Numbered from the stretch's first letter, positions 26,726 to 37,795 are shown. The stretch is DNA of 64,000 bases from an uncultured Gammaproteobacteria bacterium (GCA_964635715.1 CAZWNZ010000003.1:37153-101152); one strand, 5' to 3'. Notes: generated by a model not told the origin, from the sequence alone. Translations and numbers: made by a program.

Positions 26726-28186
26726 ATGGCGTTGCAAAGTTTAGACGAACTAAAAAAGGTTAGGATGGAAAAGCTTCAGAAGTTAAAAGGTATGGGAATT
26801 GACCCATATCCTTCAAAAATTACCATCGATGGAAAATTGACTAAGATTTTATTAGCAAAAGAGTCCATGGGAAAAATGGTGCTTTCGGCAGGCAGAATTT
26901 GGTCGATAAGGAAGCATGGCGGGGTTGTCTTTATGGACTTAAAAGATGACACTGGAGTGATTCAGCTTTTATTTCAGAAAAAAGTTTTGGGCAATAAATT
27001 TCAAACTCTTCAACTTTTTGATATGGGCGACTTTTTGGCTGTAAAAGGAGAGATTATAAAGACAAATGCTGGCGAGATAACGATTAGTGTTAACGAATTT
27101 CAACTATTAGCCAAGTCAGTAAGACCTTTGCCTTCTACGTGGTACGGTTTAAAGGATGAAGAAGAGCGCTATAGACAGCGTTATGTGGATCTTCTCCTAA
27201 ATGATGATTTAAGAGATTTGTTTAAGAAAAAAGCGCTTTTTTGGCAATCAATGCGCGAGTTTCTAATTGAAAATGGGTTTTTGGAAGTTGAAACTCCTGT
27301 CCTGGAAAATACCGTAGGAGGAGCTGATGCCAATCCTTTCATCACACACCACAACGCTCTTGATATAGATCTCTATCTGAGAATTTCAATGGGTGAGTTG
27401 TGGCAAAAGAGGCTAATGGTTGCCGGTTTTGGCAAAACATTTGAGATCGGAAGACAATTTAGAAATGAGGGAATGGACCGCGAACACCTTCAAGATTACT
27501 CACAAATGGAATTCTATTGGGGCTATGCAAATTATGAAGATTCAATGAAATTGGTTGAAGAAATGTATAAATACGTTGCAAAGAAAACTTTCGGAACTCT
27601 TAAATTCAAAATCGGCGGTCACGAGGTAAATATGGAGGGTGATTGGAAGAAAATTGATTATCGGGAAACTCTTCTTAAAGAAACTGGCGTAGATATATCA
27701 AAAATTTCTGATGAAGATTTAAGAAAAGAGCTCAAAAAGAGGAAAGTAAAATACGATGATATTGATGAGAGGGGACGTCTTATAGATTCACTTTGGAAAA
27801 CAGTCAGAAAGAACATTTCCGGACCCGTGTTTTTGACCGGGCAACCTGTGGAAGTTTCTCCGCTTGCCAAAAGAATTAAAGGAAATCCTGATTTTGTGGA
27901 GAGATACCAGGTAATTATTGCCGGGAGTGAAAACGGAAACGGATATTCAGAGCTAAACGACCCTATTGATCAAGCAAAACGCTTCAGTGAGCAAGAGAAA
28001 TTACGTGAGAAAGGGGACGAAGAAGCCCAAATGAAAGATAGTGATTTTGTTCGCGCTTTGGAATGTGGCATGCCGCCAACTTCAGGATTTGGAGTATCTG
28101 AGAGGCTCTTTTCATTCTTGGCTGGAAAATCAATAAGAGAAACTGTATTATTCCCATTATTGAGACCGGAGGGAGGTGAAAAATAA
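26726..28186 (+). CDS. lysS: lysine--tRNA ligase (class II)
   Basis: OB-fold FMDLKDDTGVIQLLF, motif 2 FEIGRQFRNEGMDREHLQDYSQMEFYW, motif 3 region GFGVSERL. Confidence 0.95.
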   Translation: MALQSLDELKKVRMEKLQKLKGMGIDPYPSKITIDGKLTKILLAKESMGKMVLSAGRIWSIRKHGGVVFMDLKDDTGVIQLLFQKKVLGNKFQTLQLFDMGDFLAVKGEIIKTNAGEITISVNEFQLLAKSVRPLPSTWYGLKDEEERYRQRYVDLLLNDDLRDLFKKKALFWQSMREFLIENGFLEVETPVLENTVGGADANPFITHHNALDIDLYLRISMGELWQKRLMVAGFGKTFEIGRQFRNEGMDREHLQDYSQMEFYWGYANYEDSMKLVEEMYKYVAKKTFGTLKFKIGGHEVNMEGDWKKIDYRETLLKETGVDISKISDEDLRKELKKRKVKYDDIDERGRLIDSLWKTVRKNISGPVFLTGQPVEVSPLAKRIKGNPDFVERYQVIIAGSENGNGYSELNDPIDQAKRFSEQEKLREKGDEEAQMKDSDFVRALECGMPPTSGFGVSERLFSFLAGKSIRETVLFPLLRPEGGEK

Positions 28187-28452
28187 TGAAAGATAATTTG
28201 AAAATAGATTTACTTTTAAGCCTGTCATTTTCTTTTTTTGGTTTACTTTTAATTTTCGGCCTTGGATTTGTATTTCCATTAATTGATCCTTACGCATCAA
28301 TCAAATGGATAGTTATCATCTGTGCCGTAATATTTTTCTATTCCTTTATCAGCTACATAGTTGTTAGAGTGATGGAAATAGTAGCCTGGAGAAAAAGTCT
28401 TACAAAAGAAGTTAAAAAAGTCGTAAAAGCTAAAAAAACTTCCAGAAAGTAA
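28186..28452 (+). CDS. small membrane protein, hypothetical
   Basis: Two hydrophobic helices and a basic C-terminal tail. Confidence 0.35.
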   Translation: MKDNLKIDLLLSLSFSFFGLLLIFGLGFVFPLIDPYASIKWIVIICAVIFFYSFISYIVVRVMEIVAWRKSLTKEVKKVVKAKKTSRK

Positions 28453-28486
28453 GATTTATTTAAAAAAGCATTGTCTCCTGCCCGAA

Positions 28487-29113
28487 ATGCTTTTTATCGG
28501 TTGTATGAAAAAAGACGATATAGAATTTGAAGTAAAGTTTTATCCTGTAGATAAAGAAAAATACCGCGAAAAACTTCGTGACATTGGTGCTGTGCTAAAA
28601 AATCCTGAAAGGAAAATGTACAGAGTTGTGGCTGACTATCGTGACAATCCAAATCTTGGGGACAGAGAATGTGTTCGCGTTAGAAATGAGGGGGACGTTA
28701 CTCGTCTTAGTTTTAAAGCTTTTGCCAATGGTGCAACTCTCGTTAGCGATCAAAAAGAGATAGAAACGGAGGTTAAAGATTTTGATAAAACTGTTGCGAT
28801 ATTTGAAAAGATTGGGATGAAATTCAACAGAAGACAGGAAAACTTTAGGGAGGAATGGGATTTTGAGGGTGTGCAAATAACAATCGATACATGGCCGAAC
28901 CTGGAACCGTACACAGAGATTGAAGGATCTTCGGAGGAAGAGATTAAAAAAGTTTCCAGCTTATTAGGTTTTGATTGGAGCAAAAAGATTATTATGCCTA
29001 TTTCTGGAGTGTATGCTATGGTTTATGGTGTTCCCGACAAAGAAGCTCTTGAGGAAACTTCAAATATATCTTTTGACAACCTTCCCTTTGAAGAGAAGGA
29101 AAAGAAAACATAA
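28487..29113 (+). CDS. CYTH-domain protein (triphosphate tunnel metalloenzyme / class IV adenylate cyclase-like)
   Basis: N-terminal IEFEVKF (ExExK) signature and a downstream acidic/basic strand pattern. Confidence 0.6.
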   Translation: MLFIGCMKKDDIEFEVKFYPVDKEKYREKLRDIGAVLKNPERKMYRVVADYRDNPNLGDRECVRVRNEGDVTRLSFKAFANGATLVSDQKEIETEVKDFDKTVAIFEKIGMKFNRRQENFREEWDFEGVQITIDTWPNLEPYTEIEGSSEEEIKKVSSLLGFDWSKKIIMPISGVYAMVYGVPDKEALEETSNISFDNLPFEEKEKKT

Positions 29114-29130
29114 AGCTGTATAATAAAAGT

Positions 29131-30375
29131 ATGCTTGATATTAACTTCATTCGTGAAAATAAAGACTTAGTCAAAAAGAGAATTGAGACTAAGGGTTTTG
29201 AACCTTCGTTGATTGATAAAGTTTTAGAGCTTGATGAAAAGCGTAGGAGTGTGCTCCTTGAAATTGAACAGCTTAGAGCAAAAAGAAACAAGATTGCCGG
29301 TGAAGGTAAACCCTCAGAAGAAGGCAGGGCGATCAAAGAACTTTTGAAAGACAGGGAGCCGGAGCTAGTTAAGATTCAGGAAGAGTACAAAGACACCTTA
29401 TTTAAAATTCCAAATCTGCCAAGTGCACAGTCTCCAATTGGTAAAAGTGAAAAAGAAAATCGGGAAATAAGAAAATGGGGGGAACCAAAAAAATTTGGAT
29501 TCAAACCCAAAGATCACTTGGAACTTGGCAAAAAATTGGGAATATTGGATTTTGAAACCGGAGCCAAAGTGGCAGGATCACAATTTTACTTTCTTTATGG
29601 TGATGGAGTACTTTTGGAAATGGCTTTAGTAAATTATGTTTTAAATAAGCTTTCCGGGATGGGATTTATACCCGTAATTACTCCGGATTTGGCAAAAAGC
29701 CGCTATTATTTAGGAACGGGTTATGCCCCCAAAGGCGATGAAGCTCAGACCTATACGATAAGTGATTCAGACCTTGGGCTTATTGCAACTGCAGAAGTGA
29801 CTTTAGCAGGAAGTCATGCAGATAATGTTATTCCTGAACAAAAATTGCCTATTAAATATATCGGTTATTCACATTGTTTCAGACAGGAAGCTGGGGCTTA
29901 TGGAAAATACTCTAAGGGGTTGTATCGTGTACACCAATTTACTAAGACTGAGATGTTTGTTTTTTGTAAGCCGGAGGATTCGGAAAAAATTCACGGGGAA
30001 CTTTTGAGGATTGAGGAAGAAATTTTCCAGGACTTGGAAATTCCTTATCGTGTAGTTGAGATGTGTACGGGAGATTTGGGTGCGCAGGCCTCGCGGAAGT
30101 TTGATATCGAAGCTTGGATGCCGGGCAGAGGGGATTATGGTGAGGTTACGTCAACCAGCAACTGTACGGATTATCAGGCAAGAAATTTAAATATTAAATT
30201 TAGAAGAGAATCGGGTGAGACGGAATATGTGCATATGCTCAATGGTACTGCAGTCGTAATGTCAAGAGTCCCTGTGGCAATTCTGGAAAATTATCAGGAA
30301 GAAGACGGAAGTATAAAAGTTCCAGATGTTCTTCAAAAATGGATGGGTAAGGAAAAGATCGAGGCGGAAAAGTAA
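29131..30375 (+). CDS. serS: serine--tRNA ligase
   Basis: MLDINFIRENKDLV start, N-terminal coiled-coil, class II motifs (FRQEAGAYG, GTAVVMSR). Confidence 0.95.
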   Translation: MLDINFIRENKDLVKKRIETKGFEPSLIDKVLELDEKRRSVLLEIEQLRAKRNKIAGEGKPSEEGRAIKELLKDREPELVKIQEEYKDTLFKIPNLPSAQSPIGKSEKENREIRKWGEPKKFGFKPKDHLELGKKLGILDFETGAKVAGSQFYFLYGDGVLLEMALVNYVLNKLSGMGFIPVITPDLAKSRYYLGTGYAPKGDEAQTYTISDSDLGLIATAEVTLAGSHADNVIPEQKLPIKYIGYSHCFRQEAGAYGKYSKGLYRVHQFTKTEMFVFCKPEDSEKIHGELLRIEEEIFQDLEIPYRVVEMCTGDLGAQASRKFDIEAWMPGRGDYGEVTSTSNCTDYQARNLNIKFRRESGETEYVHMLNGTAVVMSRVPVAILENYQEEDGSIKVPDVLQKWMGKEKIEAEK

Positions 30376-30383
30376 AAACTTCA

Positions 30384-30420
30384 GAGGGCACTTCTTGTTT
30401 TTTTTGCAAAAAATGCCCTC
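30384..30420. terminator. candidate bidirectional hairpin terminator between convergent serS and 30437..30874
   Basis: GAGGGCA ... TGCCCTC stem flanking a T-run/A-run (ttttttttgcaaaaaa). Confidence 0.35.
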
Positions 30421-30436
30421 AGGACCAATGTCGTTG

Positions 30437-30874
30437 CTATCTTATTTTTTCCCCATCGATCCAAATTTGTTCGGTTTTTACTTCACCATCTTTGATTATC
30501 CACAACCATTTCAACGAGCCTTCGGTAGACTCTACGTTGTAAGATCCATTGCTGGAAATTCCAACATGACTGCGCGCGTCATAAAAGCTTTCGTAGAGTA
30601 TTGTGCCACTGTCGATGTTTGTCACAGTGAAAGTTCCGGAACTTTTTTGGTTTTGAATTTGTGTTCCATTGGAATTTCCGGAATAGTTAACCGACCATTC
30701 GTCAAAGGATGTTTGTATAGTTTCGTCATCGATATATTCCGACGAACTACTACCACTGTCCTTCTCTGAATCTGCACATACCGGGGTTACTATGACGAGG
30801 GCAATGACGACGGCAACGATTACTAACAAATTAAAGAGCCGTTTCATTTTTACCTCCTTTGGGGTAAAAAACAC
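30437..30874 (-). CDS. hypothetical secreted protein
   Basis: N-terminal signal/TM helix and a Ser/Thr/Asn-rich mature part. Confidence 0.4.
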   Translation of the reverse strand: MFFTPKEVKMKRLFNLLVIVAVVIALVIVTPVCADSEKDSGSSSSEYIDDETIQTSFDEWSVNYSGNSNGTQIQNQKSSGTFTVTNIDSGTILYESFYDARSHVGISSNGSYNVESTEGSLKWLWIIKDGEVKTEQIWIDGEKIR

Positions 30875-30964
30875 TTCCGAATTGAAGCGTAGTTATATTA
30901 TACAAAGTTAAATCCTATAGTCAAGTTTTGGAGACTTATAAACTCGATATTCCGGCTTTTTATG

Positions 30965-31465
30965 TCAAAACTCTTTTACTATTTTTTCTTTTGTCTTTTG
31001 ATTCTCGTCAAATAATAAATCTGCTTCGATTTTTGATCCACTCAGTACTTGAGGTAACCAGTATTTATCGTCATCCCACATTTGGTTGTAAGGAACTTCG
31101 GAAATTTTAAACCACTTGGGAATCATTTCTTCCGATTCAGTTGGCTCACCTTTCCATTTGTTTACCAAATAGACGGTAACTTGCTGGTTCCAATCCGGTT
31201 TGTGAGCGAAATAGAAATTTAAGCAAGCTATCTTAGCTGGGTTTTCTATGAACACCCCAATTTCTTCTTCAACTTCCCGCTTTGCCGCTTCTTCAATTGT
31301 TTCACCATCTTTAAGCTTTCCGCCGGAACCGTTCCATTTTCCTTCTCCAAAACCGCGTTTTTTCATTGCCAGAAGAACAGAATTATCTTTTATAAGAAAT
31401 ACTAAAGTTGCCTGTCTTAATGGAGTAAGTATTTCCTTTTTAATTTCACTAAGTGTTTTCTTCAT
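30965..31465 (-). CDS. NUDIX hydrolase (MutT-like)
   Basis: Nudix box GGKLKDGETIEEAAKREVEEEIGV. It overlaps the rarA stop by 4 nt. Confidence 0.8.
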   Translation of the reverse strand: MKKTLSEIKKEILTPLRQATLVFLIKDNSVLLAMKKRGFGEGKWNGSGGKLKDGETIEEAAKREVEEEIGVFIENPAKIACLNFYFAHKPDWNQQVTVYLVNKWKGEPTESEEMIPKWFKISEVPYNQMWDDDKYWLPQVLSGSKIEADLLFDENQKTKEKIVKEF

Positions 31466-32685
31466 TCTGTTTTTATATAATACTTTTTCCCTTTTAACTT
31501 TTCCGGCAGATGACTCTTTGTATCATATTTCTCATACCCTTTTCCATATCCAACCTCATCCATCAATTTGGTGACAGGGTTTCTGATTTTTAAAGGAACT
31601 GGAAGATTGCCGAACTTATTAACATCTGCCAGAGCTGACATATACGCGTCATACGCGCGTCTGTCTTTTTTGGCAGTGGCCAAATAAACTACTCCTGCTG
31701 CCAAATTTTCCTGACATTCGGGATAGCCAATAGTATTACAAGCCTGAAAAACTGCATTGGCAACTACCAGTGCAGTGGGGCTGGCAACATCTTCGGAAGC
31801 AAAAATAACCATTCTACGGGCAATGTAGAGAGGATCTTGTCCTGCCGCAACCATTCGGGCAAGATAATAAAGAGCTGCATCAACATCGCTTGCGCGCATT
31901 GATTTGATAAATGCCGAAATCACATTATAAAAATCCTCACCACGTTTATCAAAAGTATATTGACGTCTTTGGAGTGCTGTCTCCAAATCCGGGATTTTTA
32001 TTGTCGGCTTTCTGGTTAGAGTAGAGGCGATTTCCAAAACATTGAGCATGGTTCGGGCATCCCCATTACTTGCCTCAAGTAAAAATTTCTCTGATTCTTT
32101 TCCAAGTTTCTTCTTTAGATGTATCAGTGCACGATTTAGTATTTTTAATAACTCTTTTTCTGAAAGCTGATTGAGGATTAAAACCCGGCAACGGGAAAGT
32201 AGTGGTCCTATTACTTCAAAAGAGGGATTTTCTGTTGTGGCTCCGATGAACAAAATCTTCCCCGTTTCGACGTATGGTAATAATTTATCCTGCTGCGCTT
32301 TATTGAAGCGATGTATTTCATCAATAAAAACAATAGGAGATTTTGTCGTATCTTGAATAACGAATCTGGAATCTTGTATATTGGTTTTTCCATAATTCTT
32401 AATTCTTGATTCATCATTCAGCAAATCTTCGATTTGCTTCACCTTTGTATTAACAGCAGAGAATTCAAAAAAATCTCGTTTCAAATTTCCTGCAATAATT
32501 CGTGCTAGTGTAGTTTTGCCTGTTCCTGGAGGACCCCAAAAAATCAAAGAGGGGAAGAAGTTTGAAGTTTTGGCATTGGCAAAAAGTTTATATATTATTC
32601 CATCCTTCCCGACAATATTTTCCTGCCCAACAAAATCCTTGAGTGTTTTTGGTCTTAAGAGCTCGGGTAGGGGTATATTGGCCAT
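31462..32685 (-). CDS. rarA: replication-associated recombination protein A (RarA/MgsA AAA+ ATPase)
   Basis: Walker [18 protein letters not shown], Walker [17 protein letters not shown]-terminal MgsA helical domain. Confidence 0.9.
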   Translation of the reverse strand: MANIPLPELLRPKTLKDFVGQENIVGKDGIIYKLFANAKTSNFFPSLIFWGPPGTGKTTLARIIAGNLKRDFFEFSAVNTKVKQIEDLLNDESRIKNYGKTNIQDSRFVIQDTTKSPIVFIDEIHRFNKAQQDKLLPYVETGKILFIGATTENPSFEVIGPLLSRCRVLILNQLSEKELLKILNRALIHLKKKLGKESEKFLLEASNGDARTMLNVLEIASTLTRKPTIKIPDLETALQRRQYTFDKRGEDFYNVISAFIKSMRASDVDAALYYLARMVAAGQDPLYIARRMVIFASEDVASPTALVVANAVFQACNTIGYPECQENLAAGVVYLATAKKDRRAYDAYMSALADVNKFGNLPVPLKIRNPVTKLMDEVGYGKGYEKYDTKSHLPEKLKGKKYYIKTE

Positions 32686-32762
32686 GTGAGATTAAATTTA
32701 AATTAAATGCTATTCGATAAATATATATCACCAAATAAAATCCGAAGCAACCTGGTATTACA

Positions 32763-32790
32763 CACTTCAGTGATTCAAATCATTGAAGTG
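32763..32790. promoter_or_regulatory. imperfect 13-bp-arm palindrome with core TGATTCAAATCA
   Basis: CACTTCAGTGATT-ca-AATCATTGAAGTG (one mismatch) in the divergent rarA / 32826 intergenic region. Confidence 0.4.
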
Positions 32791-32825
32791 AGTTGAATAT
32801 AATCGTGATAGATTATAATTGATAA

Positions 32826-33458
32826 ATGATAGGTACTAAAATACTTGAGGAACGAAAATCTGAATTCAACGGGAATCTTCGTGTTGTTAAAACTTTGGGG
32901 ATAGGAACATATATCCAGTCAAATGGTTTAACTCAATCCGGTGGAATAGTTGAAAAAATTTGGAAGCAAACACTACGATCCCTAAATCATAAATCATTAA
33001 CCATAAATCATGTATTGGTTTTGGGGCTTGGTGGGGGGACTGTCGCAAAATTGATTAGGAAAAAATGGCCGGGCGCAAAAATTACCGGTGTTGAAATTGA
33101 TCCGATAATGGTTGAGCTAGGAAAAAAATATTTTAGGTTAAATGAAGCAGATGTTGATGTAAAAATTACAGATGCTATTAAATTTCTTAACTATAAATCA
33201 TCAACCATTAATCATTATGATTTAATTATTGTTGATCTTTATAACGGCGATCAATTTCCCAAACAGTTTGAAACTGAAAACTATATACAGCTTGTAAGAT
33301 CACACCTTACAAAATCCGGGGTCGCAATATTTAACAGGCTTTACTATGGCGACAAAAGACCCAAAGCAGTAAAGTTTGGAAATAAACTTCAAAAAGAATT
33401 TCTCAATGTGGAATGGTTTTACCCTGAAGCGAATTTAATGTTTTTGTGTTCAAAGTAG
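32826..33458 (+). CDS. spermidine synthase-like class I SAM-dependent methyltransferase-fold protein
   Basis: VLVLGLGGGTVAKLI ... GVEIDPIMVELGKKYF ... DLIIVDL pattern of the spermine/spermidine synthase family. Confidence 0.55.
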   Translation: MIGTKILEERKSEFNGNLRVVKTLGIGTYIQSNGLTQSGGIVEKIWKQTLRSLNHKSLTINHVLVLGLGGGTVAKLIRKKWPGAKITGVEIDPIMVELGKKYFRLNEADVDVKITDAIKFLNYKSSTINHYDLIIVDLYNGDQFPKQFETENYIQLVRSHLTKSGVAIFNRLYYGDKRPKAVKFGNKLQKEFLNVEWFYPEANLMFLCSK

Positions 33459-33492
33459 GCTCCAACCTGCTATACTCAATGAGCAGATTAAT

Positions 33493-36219
33493 ATGCTAAA
33501 AATATTTTCAAAATTACTGGATGTAAATGCAAGGGAAGTTGAAAGAATTACGAAGATTGTTGACCAGGTCAATTCCTTCGAATCAAAAGCAAAAAAACTG
33601 AAAGACGGAGATTTTTCCAAAAAGACGGAAGAGTTCAAAAAACGCTTGGAAAAAGGCGAAACCCTCAATGACTTACTGCCCGAAGCTTACGCTTTAGTTA
33701 GGGAGGCATCCTACAGAGTTTTGGGAATGCGTCATTATGATGTTCAGCTTATTGCTGCAGTTGCACTGTTCGAAGGTAAAGTTGCAGAACAGAAAACAGG
33801 AGAAGGAAAAACTTTGGCTGCAATTCCGGCACTTTATTTGCGTGCATTGACTGGCCGTGGGGCTCATCTTGTAACAGTTAATGATTACCTTGCCAGAAGA
33901 GATGCCGGATGGAATGCCCCGGTTTTTCACCTTTTGGGTATGAGTGTTGGTTCTATTGTTCAGGAAACAAAATCATATGTTTACGACCCTGATTTTACTG
34001 ATTCAAGTCATGGTGACGAGAGACTGGCGCATTTAAAACCCGCAGAAAGGCGCGAAGCCTATTCCTGCGATATTTTATACGGAACGAATAATGAATTTGG
34101 GTTTGATTACCTTCGGGACAACATGGTTAATTCGCTTTCCGATATGGTTCAGCGTGGACATCATTTTGCAATCGTTGATGAGGTTGATTCAATTCTCATT
34201 GATGAGGCCCGCACCCCTCTTATTATTTCCGCTCCTGATACCGAACCAACTCAAAAATATTATAAATTTGCCCAAATGGTTGACAAACTTAATCCGGATA
34301 CCGATTACACAATAGATGAAAAATCTAAGAGTGCGAGCCTAACGGAGACAGGAATTACTCGAGTAGAAAAAATACTCGGTGTAGATAATCTATATGAAAA
34401 AGATTTTGACTCAATCCATCATATAGAAAATGCTTTGCGTGCGAGAACTTTATATCTTCGGGATAAAGATTATGTCATTAAAGACGATCAGATAGTTATT
34501 GTTGATGAGTTTACCGGACGTCTTATGGTAGGACGCCGTTGGAGCGATGGACTTCACCAAGCAGTAGAGGCTAAAGAGAGTGTCCCCATTCAACAGGAAA
34601 GCAAGACCCTAGCTACGATTTCATTTCAAAATTACTTCAGGATGTATGATCATCTTTCCGGAATGACGGGTACAGCCGCAACAGAAGCAGAAGAGTTTAG
34701 AAAAATATACAAACTTGAAGTTATTGTTGTGCCGACAAATAAGCCAATGGTTAGGCGGGACTTGTCCGATACAATTTACAAAACTCTAAGAGGTAAGTAT
34801 GGAGCCATTGTTGAGGAAATTGGTGAGTGTCACAAAAAAGGTCAGCCTGTGCTGGTTGGTACTACTTCTATTGAGAAAAACGAAATTATCTCAGAATATC
34901 TTAAAAGAAAAAAAATTCCCCATAATGTATTAAATGCTAAAAATCACGAAAAAGAAGCAGAAATTATTGCCAAAGCTGGTGAGCCGGGAGCCGTAACTGT
35001 TGCCACGAACATGGCAGGGCGCGGAGTTGATATTGTTTTGGGAGGAGCAATGCCGGACAGGGTTGCGGGTGTTGATGATGAAAAATACAAGACGTCTGCG
35101 ACTTATAAAAAATGGAAAGAAACACATGAGAAGGTTATTAAGGCGGGAGGGCTTCATGTTGTCGGTACGGAACGCCACGAGTCAAGGCGTGTTGATAATC
35201 AGCTTAGGGGTCGTGCGGGTCGTCAAGGAGACCCTGGGTCATCTCGTTTTTATCTCTCAATGGAAGATGATCTGATGAGAATTTTCGGTGGCGAACAAAT
35301 AGGTGGCATGATGGACAGGCTTAACCTTCCTGAGGACCAACCGATAGAAAATTCCTTGATAAGCAAAGCAATAGAGCAGGCTCAGGTTAAAGTTGAAGGG
35401 TTCCATTTTGATATAAGAAAACGTTTGGTTGAATTTGACGACGTCGCAAATCAGCAAAGAGAGATTATTTACAAACAGCGCCGAAAGATACTTGAGTCTG
35501 GTGAAGTCAAAGAAGAAATTCGGGAGAAACTTAAGAGTCAAATAGGAAAAATTACTGAATTTGAGAGCTTTGGTGTTGATGGAGAAATCGATGCCGAAAG
35601 AATTGCTGTTGGTCTTGCCGAAGTTATTCCTTTTGATGACGCGTCCTTAAGGAATATAAAAAACCAGATCGCAAAAATTAAAGACATGGGAGAAGTCAGA
35701 AAATTCCTTAATCAAGTTTTGGACGATGTTTATGTAAAAAGGGAAAAGGATTTAACACCGGAAGTTATGAGAGAGGTTGAAAAATTTGCATATCTGGGTT
35801 CGATTGACCGTCTTTGGATGGACCACATCGATCATATCGATGATCTTAGAGAAGGAGTAACTCTTCGTGCTTACGGACAAAGGGATCCTTTGGTTGAATT
35901 TAAAAATGAAGCTTACGGATTATTTGAAAATTTAATAGGAAAAATAGATAAAGAGCTATCCAGAAGAATTTTCAGAATCGGAGTCGCAAGGCCCCAATCG
36001 GAGATTCCTTTGCATCTGGCCCGTGAGAATATAGATAAGAGCGATCTAACAGGGTTGTCTGGGAGCGGAGCTTCGACTGCACGGGAGGGAACGCCGGCAT
36101 TTTCTTCTTCGTCTGCCAATGGTGAGACAACATCCTCCAAACTTGGCAGAAATGACCCGTGCTGGTGCGGGAGCGGAAAAAAGTGGAAGAAGTGCCATTA
36201 TCCCAAACTTCCTCAATAA
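33493..36219 (+). CDS. secA: preprotein translocase ATPase SecA
   Basis: DEAD-like motor motifs (MRHYDVQL, EGKTGEGKT, VDEVDSILIDEARTPLIIS, TNMAGRGVDI) and the C-terminal zinc motif CWCGSGKKWKKCH. Confidence 0.95.
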   Translation: MLKIFSKLLDVNAREVERITKIVDQVNSFESKAKKLKDGDFSKKTEEFKKRLEKGETLNDLLPEAYALVREASYRVLGMRHYDVQLIAAVALFEGKVAEQKTGEGKTLAAIPALYLRALTGRGAHLVTVNDYLARRDAGWNAPVFHLLGMSVGSIVQETKSYVYDPDFTDSSHGDERLAHLKPAERREAYSCDILYGTNNEFGFDYLRDNMVNSLSDMVQRGHHFAIVDEVDSILIDEARTPLIISAPDTEPTQKYYKFAQMVDKLNPDTDYTIDEKSKSASLTETGITRVEKILGVDNLYEKDFDSIHHIENALRARTLYLRDKDYVIKDDQIVIVDEFTGRLMVGRRWSDGLHQAVEAKESVPIQQESKTLATISFQNYFRMYDHLSGMTGTAATEAEEFRKIYKLEVIVVPTNKPMVRRDLSDTIYKTLRGKYGAIVEEIGECHKKGQPVLVGTTSIEKNEIISEYLKRKKIPHNVLNAKNHEKEAEIIAKAGEPGAVTVATNMAGRGVDIVLGGAMPDRVAGVDDEKYKTSATYKKWKETHEKVIKAGGLHVVGTERHESRRVDNQLRGRAGRQGDPGSSRFYLSMEDDLMRIFGGEQIGGMMDRLNLPEDQPIENSLISKAIEQAQVKVEGFHFDIRKRLVEFDDVANQQREIIYKQRRKILESGEVKEEIREKLKSQIGKITEFESFGVDGEIDAERIAVGLAEVIPFDDASLRNIKNQIAKIKDMGEVRKFLNQVLDDVYVKREKDLTPEVMREVEKFAYLGSIDRLWMDHIDHIDDLREGVTLRAYGQRDPLVEFKNEAYGLFENLIGKIDKELSRRIFRIGVARPQSEIPLHLARENIDKSDLTGLSGSGASTAREGTPAFSSSSANGETTSSKLGRNDPCWCGSGKKWKKCHYPKLPQ

Positions 36220-36221
36220 AT

Positions 36222-36848
36222 TTATTTTAAATGTGTGGTGTCGCTCCAGGTTTTTAGCGTCCAACCGTATTTATCTGTATACTCACAGATTGTAACTCCG
36301 GTATTTTCCAGATACATATGTTTTTTTATTTTTAAAAGAGTTTCCGGTGTTAAATCTTCTCCCAGAAGCATTTTTGCAACAGTAGATTCTATAAAAGCCG
36401 AATGGCTTACACACAATACAGTTTGACCTTCATGATGTTTTACCAGATGATCCAACACACCCTCTACTCTTTCATTTAACTCATTAAAAGTTTCTTCGTC
36501 AGAATATTTCCAGTTCTTCTTGTGGTAATTTTGAGAAATTAAAGATTTAATTTTAACAACTTCCGGATCGTCAACTTTTTTCCCTCTAATTTCACTTGGA
36601 CTGCCACATTCTGCAAGACCCTCCCAGTGTTCAATGGGAATATTCAGCATTTCGTTTATAATTTCCGCTGTTTTTGCAGCTCTTGTCATGGGGCTTGCGT
36701 AAATCAGGTCAAAGTGAATGTTCTCCAGTCTTTTTGCGATAGCTTTTGCCTGATTCACACCTTTTTCCGATAGTGGGGTTTCCGGCAGGTGATGTATATT
36801 ATTTTTGTTTCCTTCGGACTGTCCATGTCTGACAAAATAAACAAGCAT
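36222..36848 (-). CDS. histidine phosphatase family protein (phosphoglycerate mutase-like)
   Basis: N-terminal VYFVRHGQSEGN RHG motif. Confidence 0.8.
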   Translation of the reverse strand: MLVYFVRHGQSEGNKNNIHHLPETPLSEKGVNQAKAIAKRLENIHFDLIYASPMTRAAKTAEIINEMLNIPIEHWEGLAECGSPSEIRGKKVDDPEVVKIKSLISQNYHKKNWKYSDEETFNELNERVEGVLDHLVKHHEGQTVLCVSHSAFIESTVAKMLLGEDLTPETLLKIKKHMYLENTGVTICEYTDKYGWTLKTWSDTTHLK

Positions 36849-36878
36849 ATGCGTATTATAAAATGTTATATTTGAATT

Positions 36879-37217
36879 ATGAAGGTGAATAATTATCTAG
36901 GGCAGGATGTTGAAGTTGTTATAGATCGACCTTTAGGGTCGAAACATCCAAAACATGGTTTTACCTATGCCGTAAATTACGGTTTTGTTCCGGGAACAAA
37001 AGCAGCGGACGGAGAGGAACTCGATGCCTACTTTTTAGGGACGGAAAAACCTGTTAAAACAGGAACAGGAAAATGTATTGCGGTTATTCATAGAACAAAT
37101 GACGATGATGATAAATTAATAATTAGTGCAAACGGCAAAGATTTCACTAATGAGGAAATTGAAAAACTAACAGAATTTCAGGAAAAGTGGTTTGAACACG
37201 AAATAATCAGGAAATGA
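36879..37217 (+). CDS. short inorganic pyrophosphatase-like protein
   Basis: AVNYGFVPGTKAADGEELD parallels family I PPase NYGxIPxTxxxDGDPxD, and WFEH parallels HFFEHY. It lacks about 40 N-terminal residues of canonical PPases. Confidence 0.4.
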   Translation: MKVNNYLGQDVEVVIDRPLGSKHPKHGFTYAVNYGFVPGTKAADGEELDAYFLGTEKPVKTGTGKCIAVIHRTNDDDDKLIISANGKDFTNEEIEKLTEFQEKWFEHEIIRK

Positions 37218-37795
37218 AAATTATATTGGCATCAAATTCAGCAATAAGAAAAAAATTAATGGATAGTTTGGAGGTTCCGTATAAAATCATTCCGGCAAAC
37301 ATTGATGAAAAAAAGATTCGTGATAGGAATCTAAGAGTTCGGTCTGAAAAGATAGCGAGAGCAAAAGCTGAATTTGTTGCAAAAAATAATGGAGGAATAA
37401 TTATTGCCGCTGACACTTTCGGATCTGTTAATGGTCAAGTTTTAGAAAAACCGAAAAACCTGGAAGAGGCAAAAGAGATGTTAAAGCTTCAATCGGACAA
37501 AGAATGCTTAATGTATACAGGTTTTTGCTATATAGACAGAAAAAACGATGTGGATTTTTCAGATTCGGTTGAGATAAAGTACACTTTTCGAAAACTTTCC
37601 GATGAAGAAATTAATTATCAGATAAAAAACGTGCCCGTACTTCAATATTCTGCAGCTTTTGCTCCAAATGATCCAAATCAAATTAGTCTGATTGCAGAAA
37701 TGGATGGTTCCTTTACAGGTCTTATGTATGGAATTCCTGCTGAGATTTTAATTCCGTTACTGCAAAAATCTGGAGTTAAATCATTTTCAAGATAA
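37214..37795 (+). CDS. maf: Maf-like nucleoside-triphosphate pyrophosphatase
   Basis: IILASNSAIRKKLMDSL...IDEK N-terminal Maf signature. Confidence 0.8.
   Translation: MKIILASNSAIRKKLMDSLEVPYKIIPANIDEKKIRDRNLRVRSEKIARAKAEFVAKNNGGIIIAADTFGSVNGQVLEKPKNLEEAKEMLKLQSDKECLMYTGFCYIDRKNDVDFSDSVEIKYTFRKLSDEEINYQIKNVPVLQYSAAFAPNDPNQISLIAEMDGSFTGLMYGIPAEILIPLLQKSGVKSFSR

Noticed and set aside
30326-30769. 147-aa + ORF overlapping the serS 3' end and the convergent secreted-protein gene
   Set aside because: Antisense to 30437..30874 and partly inside the serS/terminator region; no motif.
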